DNA of 64,000 bases from NCBI GenBank assembly GCA_029258795.1, contig JAPDKB010000002.1, positions 128,001-192,000 on the forward strand, in the 5' to 3' direction. Position 1 is the stretch's first letter, and every line of letters begins with the position of its first letter. The stretch comes from an archaeon (lineage in GTDB: Archaea; EX4484-52; WAPT01). Below, piece after piece: positions 16,686-26,913 of this stretch. The notes beneath the pieces were generated by a model that saw only the letters and a list, made by a program, of their open reading frames with translations, searched no databases and was not told where the DNA came from. A program made the position numbers and the translations under genes.

Positions 16686-18844
16686 ACGAGAGGAGAAGGG
16701 TAGAGAATGCGGAGATGGAGGGGAAGGAAAAGCCGAAGGCACGGGTTAAGAACCACATAAAGAAGATAAGGAAGCGTGATGGCAGGATAGTGAAGTTCGA
16801 AAAAGAAAAGATTGTGAATGCTGTGTTTAAGGCTGCGCAGGCAGTTGGTGGTAAAGATAGAAAGATGGCTGAGGAAATTGCGGATGAAGTTGTAATGGTT
16901 CTGAATGAGCGATTCAAACCGGGTGAGATTCCCAGCGTGGAGGACGTGCAGGATGTTGTGGAGGAGGTGCTGATAAAGAGGGGACATGACAGAACCGCGA
17001 GAGCTTATATAGCTTACAGGAGGGAGCGTGCAAGAATAAGAGAGGCAAAGGCAGCTCTGGGTGTGGTTGACGAGCTGAAGCTTCCGCTCAACGCCATAGT
17101 GGTGCTCAAGAACCGCTACCTGCAGAAGGATGAGACGGGCAAGCCGATAGAGAGCGTTGCCCAGATGTTCAGGAGGGTGGCACGAAACATAGCCAAGGCG
17201 GACAGGTTTTATGGAAAGACCCCTGCTGAGGTGAAAGAAACGGAGGAGAGGTTCTACAAACTCATGACCTCTCTTGAGTTCTTACCGAACTCGCCCACGC
17301 TTATGAATGCTGGCACACCTCTTCAGCAGCTCTCCGCATGCTTTGTTTTACCCATAGAGGATGATATAGAGAGCATTTTCGATGCGGTGAAATATACAGC
17401 CATGATACACAAGAGTGGGGGAGGCACCGGATTCAGCTTCTCGAGATTAAGGCCAAAAGGCGATATAGTTAAAAGCACGCACGGCGTTGCTTCAGGCCCC
17501 GTTTCTTTTATGCGTATATTCGATGTGACCACAGAGGTCATCAAGCAGGGCGGCAGGAGAAGAGGAGCCAACATGGGTGTGCTGCGTGTTGACCATCCAG
17601 ATGTGCTGGAGTTCATCACCTGCAAGGAGCAGGAAGGCATGTTCTCGAACTTTAACATATCTGTGGCTATAACCGACGCGTTTATGGATGCCGTCAAGAG
17701 CAACGACACTTACCCTCTCATAAACCCGCGCACCGGAAAAGTTGTGAAGGAGTTGCCGGCCAGAGAGGTCTGGGATCTTATCATTCTCATGGCCTGGAAG
17801 AACGGTGAGCCGGGAGTGATATTCATAGACACGATAAACAGGCATAACCCGACACCCAAGATTGGGATGATAGAGTCCACAAATCCCTGCGGAGAACAAC
17901 CGCTCTTGCCTTACGAATCCTGTAATCTTGGATCGATAAATCTTGGAAAGTTCGTGGTGATGGATGGTGGCAAGCCCTACATTGACTGGGAAAGGTTGGG
18001 GGATGCTGTCAAAACTGCAACGCACTTTCTTGACAATGTCATAGACATGAACAAATACCCGCTAAAGCAAATAGAGAAAATGACCAAGGCAAACAGAAAG
18101 ATAGGGCTCGGTGTGATGGGATTTGCTGACCTGCTCATAAAACTCAGAATTCCGTACAACTCCAACAGAGCGGTTAGAATGGCGGAGAAGGTTATGAAAT
18201 TCATAAATGAAAAGAGCAAGGAAGCTTCGGTGGAACTTGCTGAGGAAAGAGGAAGCTTTCCAAACTTTGAGTTGAGCGTGTGGCCTGAAAGGGGTTACGA
18301 CAAGCTGAGAAACGCAACAACCACAACGATAGCTCCAACGGGCACGATAAGTATAATTGCTGGAGCATCGAGCGGAATCGAGCCAATCTTTGCCATCTCC
18401 TATGTCAGGAAGAACATACTGGGTGGGGAGGAGCTAATAGAGGTCAACCCGCTCTTCATAGAGATGGCCAAGGAAATGGGACTTTACAGTGAGGAGCTGA
18501 TGAAAAAAGTAGCGAAGATGGGCTCCATACAGAAGATCGATGGTGTGCCGGACGAGCTGAAGGAAATATTTGTAACTGCACATGACATAGCGCCGGAGTG
18601 GCACGTGAAGGTGCAGGCCGCGTTCCAGAAGCATACAGATAACGCGGTATCCAAAACCATAAACTTCCCCCACTACGCTACACCTCAGGATGTGGAGAAG
18701 GCATACTGGCTTGCTTACAAGCTCGGATGTAAGGGAATAACCGTCTACAGAGACAGAAGCAGGAGCCAGCAGGTGCTCAACATAGAGTATAAGGAGAACA
18801 ACAAGGATAACAAAAAGGAGGGTAAATCATGCCCCTCCTGCTAA
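16682..18844 (+). CDS. nrdJ: Adenosylcobalamin-dependent (class II) ribonucleotide reductase with N-terminal ATP cone
   Basis: '[10 protein letters not shown]...LSACF', 'TNPCGEQPL...CNLGSIN', 'TIAPTGT', 'KGITVYRD', terminal CPSC; next to cobalamin adenosyltransferase. Confidence 0.93.
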   Translation: MNERRRVENAEMEGKEKPKARVKNHIKKIRKRDGRIVKFEKEKIVNAVFKAAQAVGGKDRKMAEEIADEVVMVLNERFKPGEIPSVEDVQDVVEEVLIKRGHDRTARAYIAYRRERARIREAKAALGVVDELKLPLNAIVVLKNRYLQKDETGKPIESVAQMFRRVARNIAKADRFYGKTPAEVKETEERFYKLMTSLEFLPNSPTLMNAGTPLQQLSACFVLPIEDDIESIFDAVKYTAMIHKSGGGTGFSFSRLRPKGDIVKSTHGVASGPVSFMRIFDVTTEVIKQGGRRRGANMGVLRVDHPDVLEFITCKEQEGMFSNFNISVAITDAFMDAVKSNDTYPLINPRTGKVVKELPAREVWDLIILMAWKNGEPGVIFIDTINRHNPTPKIGMIESTNPCGEQPLLPYESCNLGSINLGKFVVMDGGKPYIDWERLGDAVKTATHFLDNVIDMNKYPLKQIEKMTKANRKIGLGVMGFADLLIKLRIPYNSNRAVRMAEKVMKFINEKSKEASVELAEERGSFPNFELSVWPERGYDKLRNATTTTIAPTGTISIIAGASSGIEPIFAISYVRKNILGGEELIEVNPLFIEMAKEMGLYSEELMKKVAKMGSIQKIDGVPDELKEIFVTAHDIAPEWHVKVQAAFQKHTDNAVSKTINFPHYATPQDVEKAYWLAYKLGCKGITVYRDRSRSQQVLNIEYKENNKDNKKEGKSCPSC

Positions 18845-18878
18845 CCCTTCCCATTATTAATCCCAAAGGTGTTGCGAT

Positions 18879-19616
18879 GTGAGCTTCGCTAACGGTGTGA
18901 AGGATACTCCTCAAAATACTGCTCCACATATTGATGAAGCTGCAGTGTCTTCCGTGGATTCGGCAGCTCAAACACCGGTTGATGTGAGGGGTCCGGGTCT
19001 AGTGCAGGTTTATACGGGAGATGGAAAAGGCAAGACCACAGCAGCGTTAGGACTTGCTTTGAGGGCTGCAGGCCACGGCTACAAAGTTTTCATTTTCCAG
19101 TTCCTGAAAGGCGGGCAGTACACAGGAGAATTAAAATCAATAAACATGGTGCTTCACCCACTCATAAAGATAGAGCAGTTTGGCACTGGTTGCATCAAGA
19201 CATCGAAACAGGTTAAGATCTCAGCTTACAATGGGAAGAGTGGCTTGTGTCCGCGCAATTATACTGCTGAGAGAGATGTGCTTAACTGCGGAGCATGCCG
19301 TTATTGTTTCCTGATTCATGATGAGGATTATGTAAGAACAAGAAAAGCGATAAAGATGTTCAGAGAGTTTGCAGCTTCAGGCAGCTATGATATCATAATT
19401 CTGGACGAACTGACACATGCCATAAACAAAGGGCTCGTAAGTGCGGAGGAAGTGGTGGATATAATCAAATCCAGAAAGAAGGGTGTGGAAATTGTGATTA
19501 CAGGCAGGGATGCTCCCCCAGAGCTTTTGGAGATAGCTGATCTTGTCACGGAGATGCATGAAGTGAAGCATCCATGGAAAAAAGGTGTGCCCGCCAGAAA
19601 GGGCATAGAATACTAA
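18879..19616 (+). CDS. cobA: Cob(I)alamin adenosyltransferase (CobA/CobO/BtuR family) with Cys-rich insertion
   Basis: 'VYTGDGKGKTTAALGLALRAAGHG', 'QFLKG', 'ILDE', 'ITGR', 'KHP...ARKGIEY'. Confidence 0.93.
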   Translation: MSFANGVKDTPQNTAPHIDEAAVSSVDSAAQTPVDVRGPGLVQVYTGDGKGKTTAALGLALRAAGHGYKVFIFQFLKGGQYTGELKSINMVLHPLIKIEQFGTGCIKTSKQVKISAYNGKSGLCPRNYTAERDVLNCGACRYCFLIHDEDYVRTRKAIKMFREFAASGSYDIIILDELTHAINKGLVSAEEVVDIIKSRKKGVEIVITGRDAPPELLEIADLVTEMHEVKHPWKKGVPARKGIEY

Positions 19617-19655
19617 AAGCTTTTCATTCCATTTTCTTCTGGAGGTGGATAAACG

Positions 19656-20495
19656 ATGGGCGATGTTCATCTGGGAGGATTCTTTGCTTTTCATTCGGTA
19701 GAGGAGTTCGAAAAGCTGAAAAGGAACAAGCTTGCCAAAAGCTGTTTAAAAGTTATGGACTTCTGTGAGATCTGGCTTGAGAATGAGAAGGGCAACGTCG
19801 AGCTTACAAAACAGGAAGATTATGTGGTCAACCTGATTAGAGATGTGGTCGGAGATGATAAATACATCGGAATTCACGGCCCTCTCTTTATAATTAACGC
19901 TGCGAACCCATCTCCAACCATGTGGAAAGCGGCTTTCGAGGAGGCAAAAGCCACCATAGATATTGCAAGTAAACTTAACGCGGTCTATGTGCTTTTCCAT
20001 GCAGGCAACTACCCGTTTTTTGTAAAAAGAAAGCGTGTGGATGAAATGATGGTATCACGCTTTAAACAGCTGGTTGAATACGGGAGGAAGAGGAAGGTAT
20101 GCATTGCGGTGGAAAATGTGCCCTATGCTCCCTCTCTTTCAGTTCCATACGGATCAAGTTTAAAAGAAATAGGACTTTTGCTCAGAAAATGCAAGGACCT
20201 TTACTTTGTACTGGATTTTCCGCACCTTTTGCTTGGAAGGGACAGTGAAGCCATAATAAAGAAAATACATCTTGAACGGCTCATAGCACTCCATGTGCAT
20301 GGATTCAACGGGATGGCAGATCATGTAGAGATAAACGATGACAACTTAATCGATTATGGAGAGATATTTGAGCACCTGATTCCAAAGCTTAAGCGCGATC
20401 TTTACGTTAACGTGGAGGTTGTCGGGTTGAGGGAGATGAAGCGCTCCATTTTGGTGGTTAAAGAAATCGTGGACAGCGTGAAAAAATCAAAATAA
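19656..20495 (+). CDS. Xylose-isomerase-like TIM-barrel protein (AP endonuclease 2/sugar phosphate isomerase family)
   Basis: 'IHGP...NAA', 'LFHAG', 'AVEN', 'LDFPH', 'LHVH...DH', 'NVE' metal motifs. Confidence 0.8.
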   Translation: MGDVHLGGFFAFHSVEEFEKLKRNKLAKSCLKVMDFCEIWLENEKGNVELTKQEDYVVNLIRDVVGDDKYIGIHGPLFIINAANPSPTMWKAAFEEAKATIDIASKLNAVYVLFHAGNYPFFVKRKRVDEMMVSRFKQLVEYGRKRKVCIAVENVPYAPSLSVPYGSSLKEIGLLLRKCKDLYFVLDFPHLLLGRDSEAIIKKIHLERLIALHVHGFNGMADHVEINDDNLIDYGEIFEHLIPKLKRDLYVNVEVVGLREMKRSILVVKEIVDSVKKSK

Positions 20496-20520
20496 ATATT
20501 TTTGTGTCCAACAATCATGC

Positions 20521-20778
20521 ATGCCCGAAGACAATGAAAAGAAAATTTATGTTACGGCTGATATGAGTATAGGGGAGGTTGTATCTAACTATCCGGAAGC
20601 TGTTGCCGTGCTCATGAAGTATGGTTTGCACTGTATAGGTTGCCAGATAGCAGCCTTCGAATCGCTGCGTGATGGACTTGTCGCTCACGGACTGAGTGAG
20701 AAAGATGTTGAAAGAGTGGTGGAGGAGATAAATGCTACCATAGAAGAGGTTAAGAAAACCGTAGAGGAAAAGAAATGA
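20521..20778 (+). CDS. DUF1858 domain protein (CxxC redox-disulfide domain)
   Basis: 'MSIGEVV..YPEAVAVL..YGLHCIGC..A.FESL..G..AHG'. Confidence 0.85.
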   Translation: MPEDNEKKIYVTADMSIGEVVSNYPEAVAVLMKYGLHCIGCQIAAFESLRDGLVAHGLSEKDVERVVEEINATIEEVKKTVEEKK

Positions 20779-20792
20779 TGAGGTGGTGAGGA

Positions 20793-20984
20793 ATGTACAG
20801 GATAGTGCAGGACCATGAGGCATGCATAGGATGTGGTGCTTGCGTTTCCGTCTGCCCGGACAACTGGGAGATGGGTGATGACGGGAAGGCAAAGCCCATA
20901 AAGACCGAGGTGGAGGAAGCTGGCTGCAATCAGGAAGCAGCGAACATCTGCCCGGTGCAGTGCATCAAAATCGAGGAGGAGTGA
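20793..20984 (+). CDS. fdx: Single-cluster 4Fe-4S ferredoxin
   Basis: 'CIGCGACVSVCP ... CPVQCI', 63 aa, GAGGTGGTG RBS. Confidence 0.93.
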   Translation: MYRIVQDHEACIGCGACVSVCPDNWEMGDDGKAKPIKTEVEEAGCNQEAANICPVQCIKIEEE

Positions 20985-21007
20985 ATTTTCACTTTTTCAC
21001 TTCTTTT

Positions 21008-22240
21008 TTATTTCAACACTCCATACCCTATCAGGCGCCATCTTCCCTCTATCTGGGTTGAAAGCGCGACCTTACTGCCCGGCTGAGCGCATATCGGTAT
21101 CTTCAACTTTGCTTCAATAACATCGCTTCCTCCCTTTGTGCAGACACCAACAGTTCTTGCTGTTCCAACGTTCATTAGGAGAGGCGTTCCGGTTTCAATT
21201 TTTTCTATCATGAATTCCTTCCCGCTCTCTTCAATTCTCTTTATTGGGTAGTATTCCAACGTGACCTCATAGTAAACGGGTGGAAGCTGATTAACGTGAC
21301 CCACAACATTACCCACCATCGTATCCGATTTGGTGAGGGCAGGGTCAAGCAAAGTCCCGACAGCGATAAGGCCGCCGGGTGTGGCTTCATCCAGTTTCTT
21401 GTTTCCCTGCATGAGTCCAGTAACCTCGGTGATGAGGGAGTGGTACTTGCCATCATCTCCCTTTATGCCCGGTCTTATCTCTATCTCATCTCCAACTTTC
21501 AGCACGCCCTGTATCAAGCTACCTCCCAGCACACCTCCGACCAGATTTTGAATAGAGGTGCCGGGTTTGTTCACGTCAAAACTTCTTGCCACGTACATGA
21601 GGGGTGGCTTGTTGAGATCCCTTTTCGGAGTGGGGAATTCCTCCTGAATTGCCTGCAAAAGAACATCTATGTTAACTCGATGCTGGGCTGAAACAGGGAT
21701 TATGGGGGCATTTTCCGCTTTCGTGCCCTTCAGGAATTCCTTTATCTGCTGATAATTCTCCATGGCCTGCTTCTCATCCACAAGATCTATCTTGTTCTGC
21801 ACCACGATGAATTTCTCTATCCCTGCTATCTGCGCAGCCGTGAAGTGCTCGACGGTCTGCGGCCTCGGGCACGGTTCGTTTGCCGCTATAACGAGTATTG
21901 CATAGTCCATCAATGCAGCTCCGGTAAGCGTGGTGGCCATGAGCGTTTCATGACCGGGGCAGTCAACTATGGACACCGTTCTGAGCAGCTCCGTCTTCGA
22001 ACCGCAATAAAAGCAGGTTTCAAAGGTTGTGTAAGCTTGCGGTTCACCACACTTCGGGCATTTCCTGATGGAGAAGTCGGCATAACCCAATCTTATGGAT
22101 ATACCTCTCTTCAGCTCTTCCGTGTGCTCGTCCGTGAACTTGCCTGTCAGCGCTTCAGTCAGGGTTGTCTTACCATGATCGACATGTCCTATCATTCCTA
22201 TATTCATTTCCGAGATTTCCTTCGGGTTAACTTTACTCAT
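21008..22240 (-). CDS. eif2g: Translation initiation factor 2 gamma subunit
   Basis: 'GHVDHGKTT', 'EELKRGISIRLGY', Zn ribbon, 'DCPGHE', 'QNKID', 'WRLIGYG'. Confidence 0.97.
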   Translation of the reverse strand: MSKVNPKEISEMNIGMIGHVDHGKTTLTEALTGKFTDEHTEELKRGISIRLGYADFSIRKCPKCGEPQAYTTFETCFYCGSKTELLRTVSIVDCPGHETLMATTLTGAALMDYAILVIAANEPCPRPQTVEHFTAAQIAGIEKFIVVQNKIDLVDEKQAMENYQQIKEFLKGTKAENAPIIPVSAQHRVNIDVLLQAIQEEFPTPKRDLNKPPLMYVARSFDVNKPGTSIQNLVGGVLGGSLIQGVLKVGDEIEIRPGIKGDDGKYHSLITEVTGLMQGNKKLDEATPGGLIAVGTLLDPALTKSDTMVGNVVGHVNQLPPVYYEVTLEYYPIKRIEESGKEFMIEKIETGTPLLMNVGTARTVGVCTKGGSDVIEAKLKIPICAQPGSKVALSTQIEGRWRLIGYGVLK

Positions 22241-22325
22241 GAGTCCTTCACCACCACTATCCATTGCTTAAAGCATAGCAGAATACACCTAATTGTGGGT
22301 TCACGTTTTTAAAGTTTAGCCCGCG

Positions 22326-23051
22326 TCAGCCGCGCTTCAAAGGAAATTCCACCAGTTTTTTCTCAAGATTGGGAGAGTGACCATCATTTAAATACCACAC
22401 ACCCATCTCTAGTGGAGTGAAGGGTTCATAACTGTTCTCGGGAACGCTCAGATACACAGATATTTCTTCTGACTTATTTTCCTTTTTCCACCTGTCCAGC
22501 AGTTCTTTTGCACCACGGGGTGCGAACTCGTCTATCAATGTCTGGAACGAGCATGATTTATATCCTACACGCGAGATGATGAGTGGAAACATCCTTGTTT
22601 CATCGAAGAAATGAAGATTTACTTCTCCTGATAGGGTGGAGAAACCCGCGGATCCTAGCTCATCCCACTCCAGATTTTCAAATCCTGCAATCCAGGATTT
22701 GGGATACATTCTGACCCTTACATAATCCAAGTCATACACGGTGGGGCCGTTTTCATCGCGTTTTAAAAGAGTATCTAATGTCACATGTTCGTGATGCCCG
22801 TATGAGCATGAATTACATCTCTCCCCGTAATGAATCATTATCTCGTTTTTATCGAAATAGCTCTCTCCATCCACCCAAGCATAAGCATTAAGGCTCTCTT
22901 TTCCACAAGAGGGGCATATATCTCCCTCCACAACCTCAAGTAATACATTTTCGCAGCTTCCGTCATGCGAAATTGATGCTGCGTCTTTTATTGCGTGATA
23001 CAATTGCTTTAAGAAAAACAGTTTCGGGTTTTCACAGTTTTCCGGATCCAT
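22326..23051 (-). CDS. Hypothetical protein with Zn-ribbon-like CxxC pairs
   Basis: 241-aa ORF, CPSC...CNSC, GTGGTG RBS-like sequence; no family recognised. Confidence 0.65.
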   Translation of the reverse strand: MDPENCENPKLFFLKQLYHAIKDAASISHDGSCENVLLEVVEGDICPSCGKESLNAYAWVDGESYFDKNEIMIHYGERCNSCSYGHHEHVTLDTLLKRDENGPTVYDLDYVRVRMYPKSWIAGFENLEWDELGSAGFSTLSGEVNLHFFDETRMFPLIISRVGYKSCSFQTLIDEFAPRGAKELLDRWKKENKSEEISVYLSVPENSYEPFTPLEMGVWYLNDGHSPNLEKKLVEFPLKRG

Positions 23052-23170
23052 GGCTCAGCACCACAGAATGAAGGTGGGCGCAATTAACTTTAAAAAACTT
23101 GCATTATAGAATTGTTGTGTTCTCCTCAAAGGTGTTGTGAAAACGCACTCGATTTTGATGGTGATGCGAG

Positions 23171-23587
23171 ATGAACGTCAAGTTCGTTATAAACGATCCG
23201 AAAACAGGCAAGAGCTATCAGAAAGAAGTGGAGCAGAGCAAAATAGAAGCGCTGTTTGGCCTGAAGATTGGGGACGAGTTTGATGGTGGCATAATCGATT
23301 TGCCCGGATACAAGCTGAAAATAACCGGTGGAAGCGATAAGGACGGGTTCCCCATGAAGAAGGGTGTTGAAGGCACTGGCAGAAAAAGACTTCTTCTTTC
23401 AGGAGGTGTCGGTTACAACCCCAAGGAAAAAGGAGTGAAAAGAAGAAAGACGGTGAGGGGAGAAATGATAGCAGAAGACATAGCACAGATAAACTGCATG
23501 GTTGTGAAGGTGGGTAAGCAGAGCTTGGATGAGCTGTTCGGAAAAGCGGGTGGAGAGCAGGAAGCTCAGGCAGAACAGGCGGCTTAA
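23171..23587 (+). CDS. rps6e: 30S ribosomal protein S6e
   Basis: 'DPKTGKSYQ', 'ITGGSDKDGFPM', 'RRKTVRG...QIN'. Confidence 0.97.
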   Translation: MNVKFVINDPKTGKSYQKEVEQSKIEALFGLKIGDEFDGGIIDLPGYKLKITGGSDKDGFPMKKGVEGTGRKRLLLSGGVGYNPKEKGVKRRKTVRGEMIAEDIAQINCMVVKVGKQSLDELFGKAGGEQEAQAEQAA

Positions 23588-23621
23588 TTCCTTCTAATTT
23601 TATCTCATTTGCTTTTTGACC

Positions 23622-24227
23622 TCACACGAGGGAGAACTTGAGGTAAACTCCCCCATCCTTAACTCGGTTCTCCACCAGCCGGTAGGATGAAGGAATATCC
23701 AGAATCTTGAAATACATGGTATCTTTGGCATAAGCTCTGAATTCTGCCGATTCATCCAGCTGAATTATCTCTATGTCCTCAGGACTCTTAACACCTTCCA
23801 CTTCCATTTCAACTTCTATGACGCTTCCTTCCTTCTTTATCGATTTTATCTTGGGCTCTTTCACGCTCTTGAATTTTCTCTCCTTCTTTCCATCCTTTCT
23901 ATCAGTCAGCACGTTAGCCATTTCTGGAGAATTATGAACGTTGCCTCCCTGCTCCACCTTGACGCCAGCCGGCGTTATCCTTATCTTAACTACATGCTTT
24001 TGTGGGGGAGCCGGCATGCGTTCTCTTTCCGCATCCATTCCCATAAAATCGCGTAGCATGTCATTTGCCATCTTCATCATTTTCTCCATCACGTCCTCCA
24101 TCCCGAATTCGAGTATATTTTTCCATCTTGGCTCGATCTTGTTTCCGCAGAATGGACAGTAATTCCATTCCTTGTTCAGCTCGGATCCACAGTTTTTACA
24201 TTTCCTGCTCATAACTAAACGCACCAC
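23622..24227 (-). CDS. Zinc-ribbon protein with C-terminal HSP20-like domain
   Basis: 'CKNCG...WNYCPFCG' N-terminus; C-terminal 'EP...VEMEVEGVKS.EDI...EFRA...YFK' alpha-crystallin-like pattern. Confidence 0.7.
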   Translation of the reverse strand: MVRLVMSRKCKNCGSELNKEWNYCPFCGNKIEPRWKNILEFGMEDVMEKMMKMANDMLRDFMGMDAERERMPAPPQKHVVKIRITPAGVKVEQGGNVHNSPEMANVLTDRKDGKKERKFKSVKEPKIKSIKKEGSVIEVEMEVEGVKSPEDIEIIQLDESAEFRAYAKDTMYFKILDIPSSYRLVENRVKDGGVYLKFSLV

Positions 24228-24230
24228 AGA

Positions 24231-24512
24231 TTACTTGTTCAACACGGTTTTCAGGATGTCAAGCGGCTCGTTCGGCTTTATTTCAAAGCCCCTTGCCGTC
24301 AATGCCAGAACCATCCAGAACACATCGGAGATGGTTTTGAGTGATGCTATAAACGATGTGTGCTTCCCCTCAAATATGAGCGTTGTTCCCTCATAATCGA
24401 ATGTTACCTGAGTGAACTCTCCTGCCTTCAGCTCGAGCTCCTGTCCTTCAGCCCCCACTATGGTGAGGTATAGGTTTTCCGGGGGCTTTATGCTTATGGT
24501 ATAATCTGGCAT
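24231..24512 (-). CDS. Hypothetical protein
   Basis: 93-aa ORF, 3 nt from the next gene, TATA-like TTATATAA upstream. Confidence 0.6.
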   Translation of the reverse strand: MPDYTISIKPPENLYLTIVGAEGQELELKAGEFTQVTFDYEGTTLIFEGKHTSFIASLKTISDVFWMVLALTARGFEIKPNEPLDILKTVLNK

Positions 24513-24597
24513 ATCACATCACCACTAACATAATTCAGCTTAGCACTTTATATAAGTTTCGAAGAATTTTTATCCGGATTTCTAAAAGAAAATTGTT

Positions 24598-25248
24598 TTA
24601 GCCACTCCTGAAATTCTTTTTCCACCAGTCACAAACATCCCTTATCGGGCACTCTTTGCACTTCGGCTTTAAGGGCTTGCAGATGCTCTGGCCAAAGCGA
24701 ACCATCGTTAAATTGACCTTTCTCCACCATTCCTTCGGCACGAGTTTCTTTAGCTCCTTTTCTGTCTGTTCTGGTGTGACTGTACTCACAATTCCAATCC
24801 TGTTGGAGATGCGATGCACATGCGTATCAACTGGAAGTGCATCCTTGTTGAAACCGTAGGCAAGAACACACCCCGCAGTTTTCCTACCAACACCTGGCAA
24901 TGATAGCAGCTCCTCCTCGCTTGAAGGCACCTTTCCGCCATATTTCTCCAGCAGTATTCTGCTCACCTCCACTATTCGCTTCGCTTTCTGCCTGTAAAAC
25001 CCCGCATTTTTTATCAGCTCCGCCACTTTTTCCTCTCCTGCCTTCACCATCTTTTCTGGAGTATCATATTTTTTGAAGAGTTTCTCGCTTGCCTCGTAGG
25101 TCTGCTCATCTCTGGTGCGCTGCGAGATGATGGTTGAGATGAGAACCCGGAACGGATCGTTGAAATAGAGGTGCTCATCCCAGTACCGAGGCACGAGCTT
25201 TTCAATAATGGCTCTGATTTTCTTTTCAACGTCACTTCCTGCAGGCAT
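24598..25248 (-). CDS. nth: Endonuclease III (HhH-GPD, 4Fe-4S)
   Basis: 'PFRVLISTIISQRT', 'LPGVGRKTA', 'VDTHVHRISNR', 'C.P.KPKC.ECP....C'. Confidence 0.95.
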   Translation of the reverse strand: MPAGSDVEKKIRAIIEKLVPRYWDEHLYFNDPFRVLISTIISQRTRDEQTYEASEKLFKKYDTPEKMVKAGEEKVAELIKNAGFYRQKAKRIVEVSRILLEKYGGKVPSSEEELLSLPGVGRKTAGCVLAYGFNKDALPVDTHVHRISNRIGIVSTVTPEQTEKELKKLVPKEWWRKVNLTMVRFGQSICKPLKPKCKECPIRDVCDWWKKNFRSG

Positions 25249-25301
25249 ACTTGAAAAAACTAACAAAAAAACTTTAAATTTCATGGAATAAAAACTGTTT
25301 C

Positions 25302-25487
25302 ATGGAGGGGTATTCGATTAAAGAAGGTCAAACCGACGTGGTATGGGTTGGTGGTGAACCATACCGACTGGGGAAGTTGAACCCGATCAGCGATACAGTG
25401 TTGAACGAGCTTAAGGAGATGAGCGGAAAATATCCTATCATCGCTCTTGGCGATGAACTCTATCTACTTGAAAGAATTGAAAGATAA
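25302..25487 (+). CDS. Small hypothetical protein
   Basis: 61-aa ORF in the gap between nth and the tRNA-binding gene, TTTAAA box about 25 nt upstream. Confidence 0.5.
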   Translation: MEGYSIKEGQTDVVWVGGEPYRLGKLNPISDTVLNELKEMSGKYPIIALGDELYLLERIER

Positions 25488-25528
25488 AGGGAGAAAAGCG
25501 AAAGAAAAAATCAGCAAAGTGCTTTTGA

Positions 25529-26011
25529 TTACCTCACCACAGCACCGTCCTTCACGTTTTTTTCAGGCTTTAACTCGTGTCCGTCAGCGAGCAGTTTCTT
25601 ACCGTTCCAAGTCACGCACCCATTCTTTACTGTGAGCTTGTGCTTGGTGAACTTCTCGAAGGATATCTGCTCTGGAAGCGTTTCAACTACACTTTCATCC
25701 ATCCCTTCTGGCAGGGCAACGCTACCGAGATCAGCGTCGCTGGTTATAAGCGTTATTGTGCTGCCATCGTCAGCTGCAAGCACCATGCCCTCGCTCACCA
25801 CACCTCTTATCTTCGCGTGCTTCAGATTGCAAAGCACAGCCACTTTCTTCCCTTTAAGTTCATTTATCTCGTATATTCCTCTCAGTCCTGCGACAAGCTG
25901 CCTTTCCTCATCACCTAGATCCACACTTAAAATATACAGTTTGTCCGCGTCTGGATGATTCTCAACATCCACAATTCTGCCGGTTTTTATGAGGAGAGCG
26001 AAACCTTCCAT
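25529..26011 (-). CDS. Stand-alone tRNA-binding OB-fold protein (MetRS C-terminal/Trbp111/EMAP II-like)
   Basis: 'HPDADKLY..VDLG..ERQLVAGL', 'CNLK.AKIRGVVSEGMVLAA' plus a C-terminal extension. Confidence 0.88.
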   Translation of the reverse strand: MEGFALLIKTGRIVDVENHPDADKLYILSVDLGDEERQLVAGLRGIYEINELKGKKVAVLCNLKHAKIRGVVSEGMVLAADDGSTITLITSDADLGSVALPEGMDESVVETLPEQISFEKFTKHKLTVKNGCVTWNGKKLLADGHELKPEKNVKDGAVVR

Positions 26012-26064
26012 GAATTCCACCCCTCTAATAGTTTTTGGATTGAACTGGGTGTGTCTCACCCCAT

Positions 26065-26853
26065 TCAGAACACGCTCACAAGCTCATCAAGCCTTCTTAT
26101 TATTTCAGATGGCTTGTACTCGCCCTTGGCCTTTCTCGCTTCCTCCTCGCTCGTAACGCCTGTCAGAACGAGCACCGATCTGAATCCGCACCGGTTTGCA
26201 AGCACCATGTCAGTGTATATGTCATCTCCAACTATGACTGTATCCTCTGGAAAGCTCTTTATGGTTTTGAGCACTGCCTCTCTCATGGCCTCTGAAGGCT
26301 TACCCAGATTCATGACAGGCACGTGCTTCATGGCCTGCAGAGCTCTTATGATGGGAAGCTCCGCTGGAATCTTTGTGCCGTTGCTTCCTATCTGCCAGTA
26401 GGGATAACTTCCTGTAGCGTAAACGCTTGCTTCTCTTTCCACAAGTTCAAAAGCCCTTTTCAACTTCCAGATGTTGAAGTTTCGATCAACAGAGATGAGG
26501 ACGTGTTTTGCATTTTCATTAACCTTTATATCCTGAATTGAAAGCTCCTTCACCAGACCCTGCTCCCCAATAACATAAACGCTGTTCACTCCCTTTTTGC
26601 GGAAATATCGAGCAGCAGAATAACCGGAGCTTATTATTCTGTCAGGGGATGTCTTTATCCCCATTTTTGCGAGCTTCCTTGCCAGCCCCTCCCTTGAAAG
26701 CACTGTGTTGTTCGTTATGAAATAAACATCTTTGCCATCCTCTTTAAGCTTCTCGACTGTGTATTTTGCTTGTGGGAGGAGTTCATTCCAGTTCCAGATT
26801 GTGCCATCGAGGTCAAATATAACCGTCCTGATATTTTTCATGAAGTTCAGCAT
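26065..26853 (-). CDS. HAD-IIA family hydrolase (NagD-like)
   Basis: 'FDLDGT', 'FITNN', 'GKP', 'VGDDIYTD', 'VLTGV'. Confidence 0.9.
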   Translation of the reverse strand: MLNFMKNIRTVIFDLDGTIWNWNELLPQAKYTVEKLKEDGKDVYFITNNTVLSREGLARKLAKMGIKTSPDRIISSGYSAARYFRKKGVNSVYVIGEQGLVKELSIQDIKVNENAKHVLISVDRNFNIWKLKRAFELVEREASVYATGSYPYWQIGSNGTKIPAELPIIRALQAMKHVPVMNLGKPSEAMREAVLKTIKSFPEDTVIVGDDIYTDMVLANRCGFRSVLVLTGVTSEEEARKAKGEYKPSEIIRRLDELVSVF

Positions 26854-26913
26854 GTGACATCACAATAGAGTAGAGGCAGATTAAATTTTTATTTATTCCT
26901 CCAGAGTCAAGTC

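Noticed and set aside
16682-18844. Intein in the ribonucleotide reductase
   Set aside because: Motifs are contiguous (NPCGEQ intact) and the 720-aa length leaves no room.
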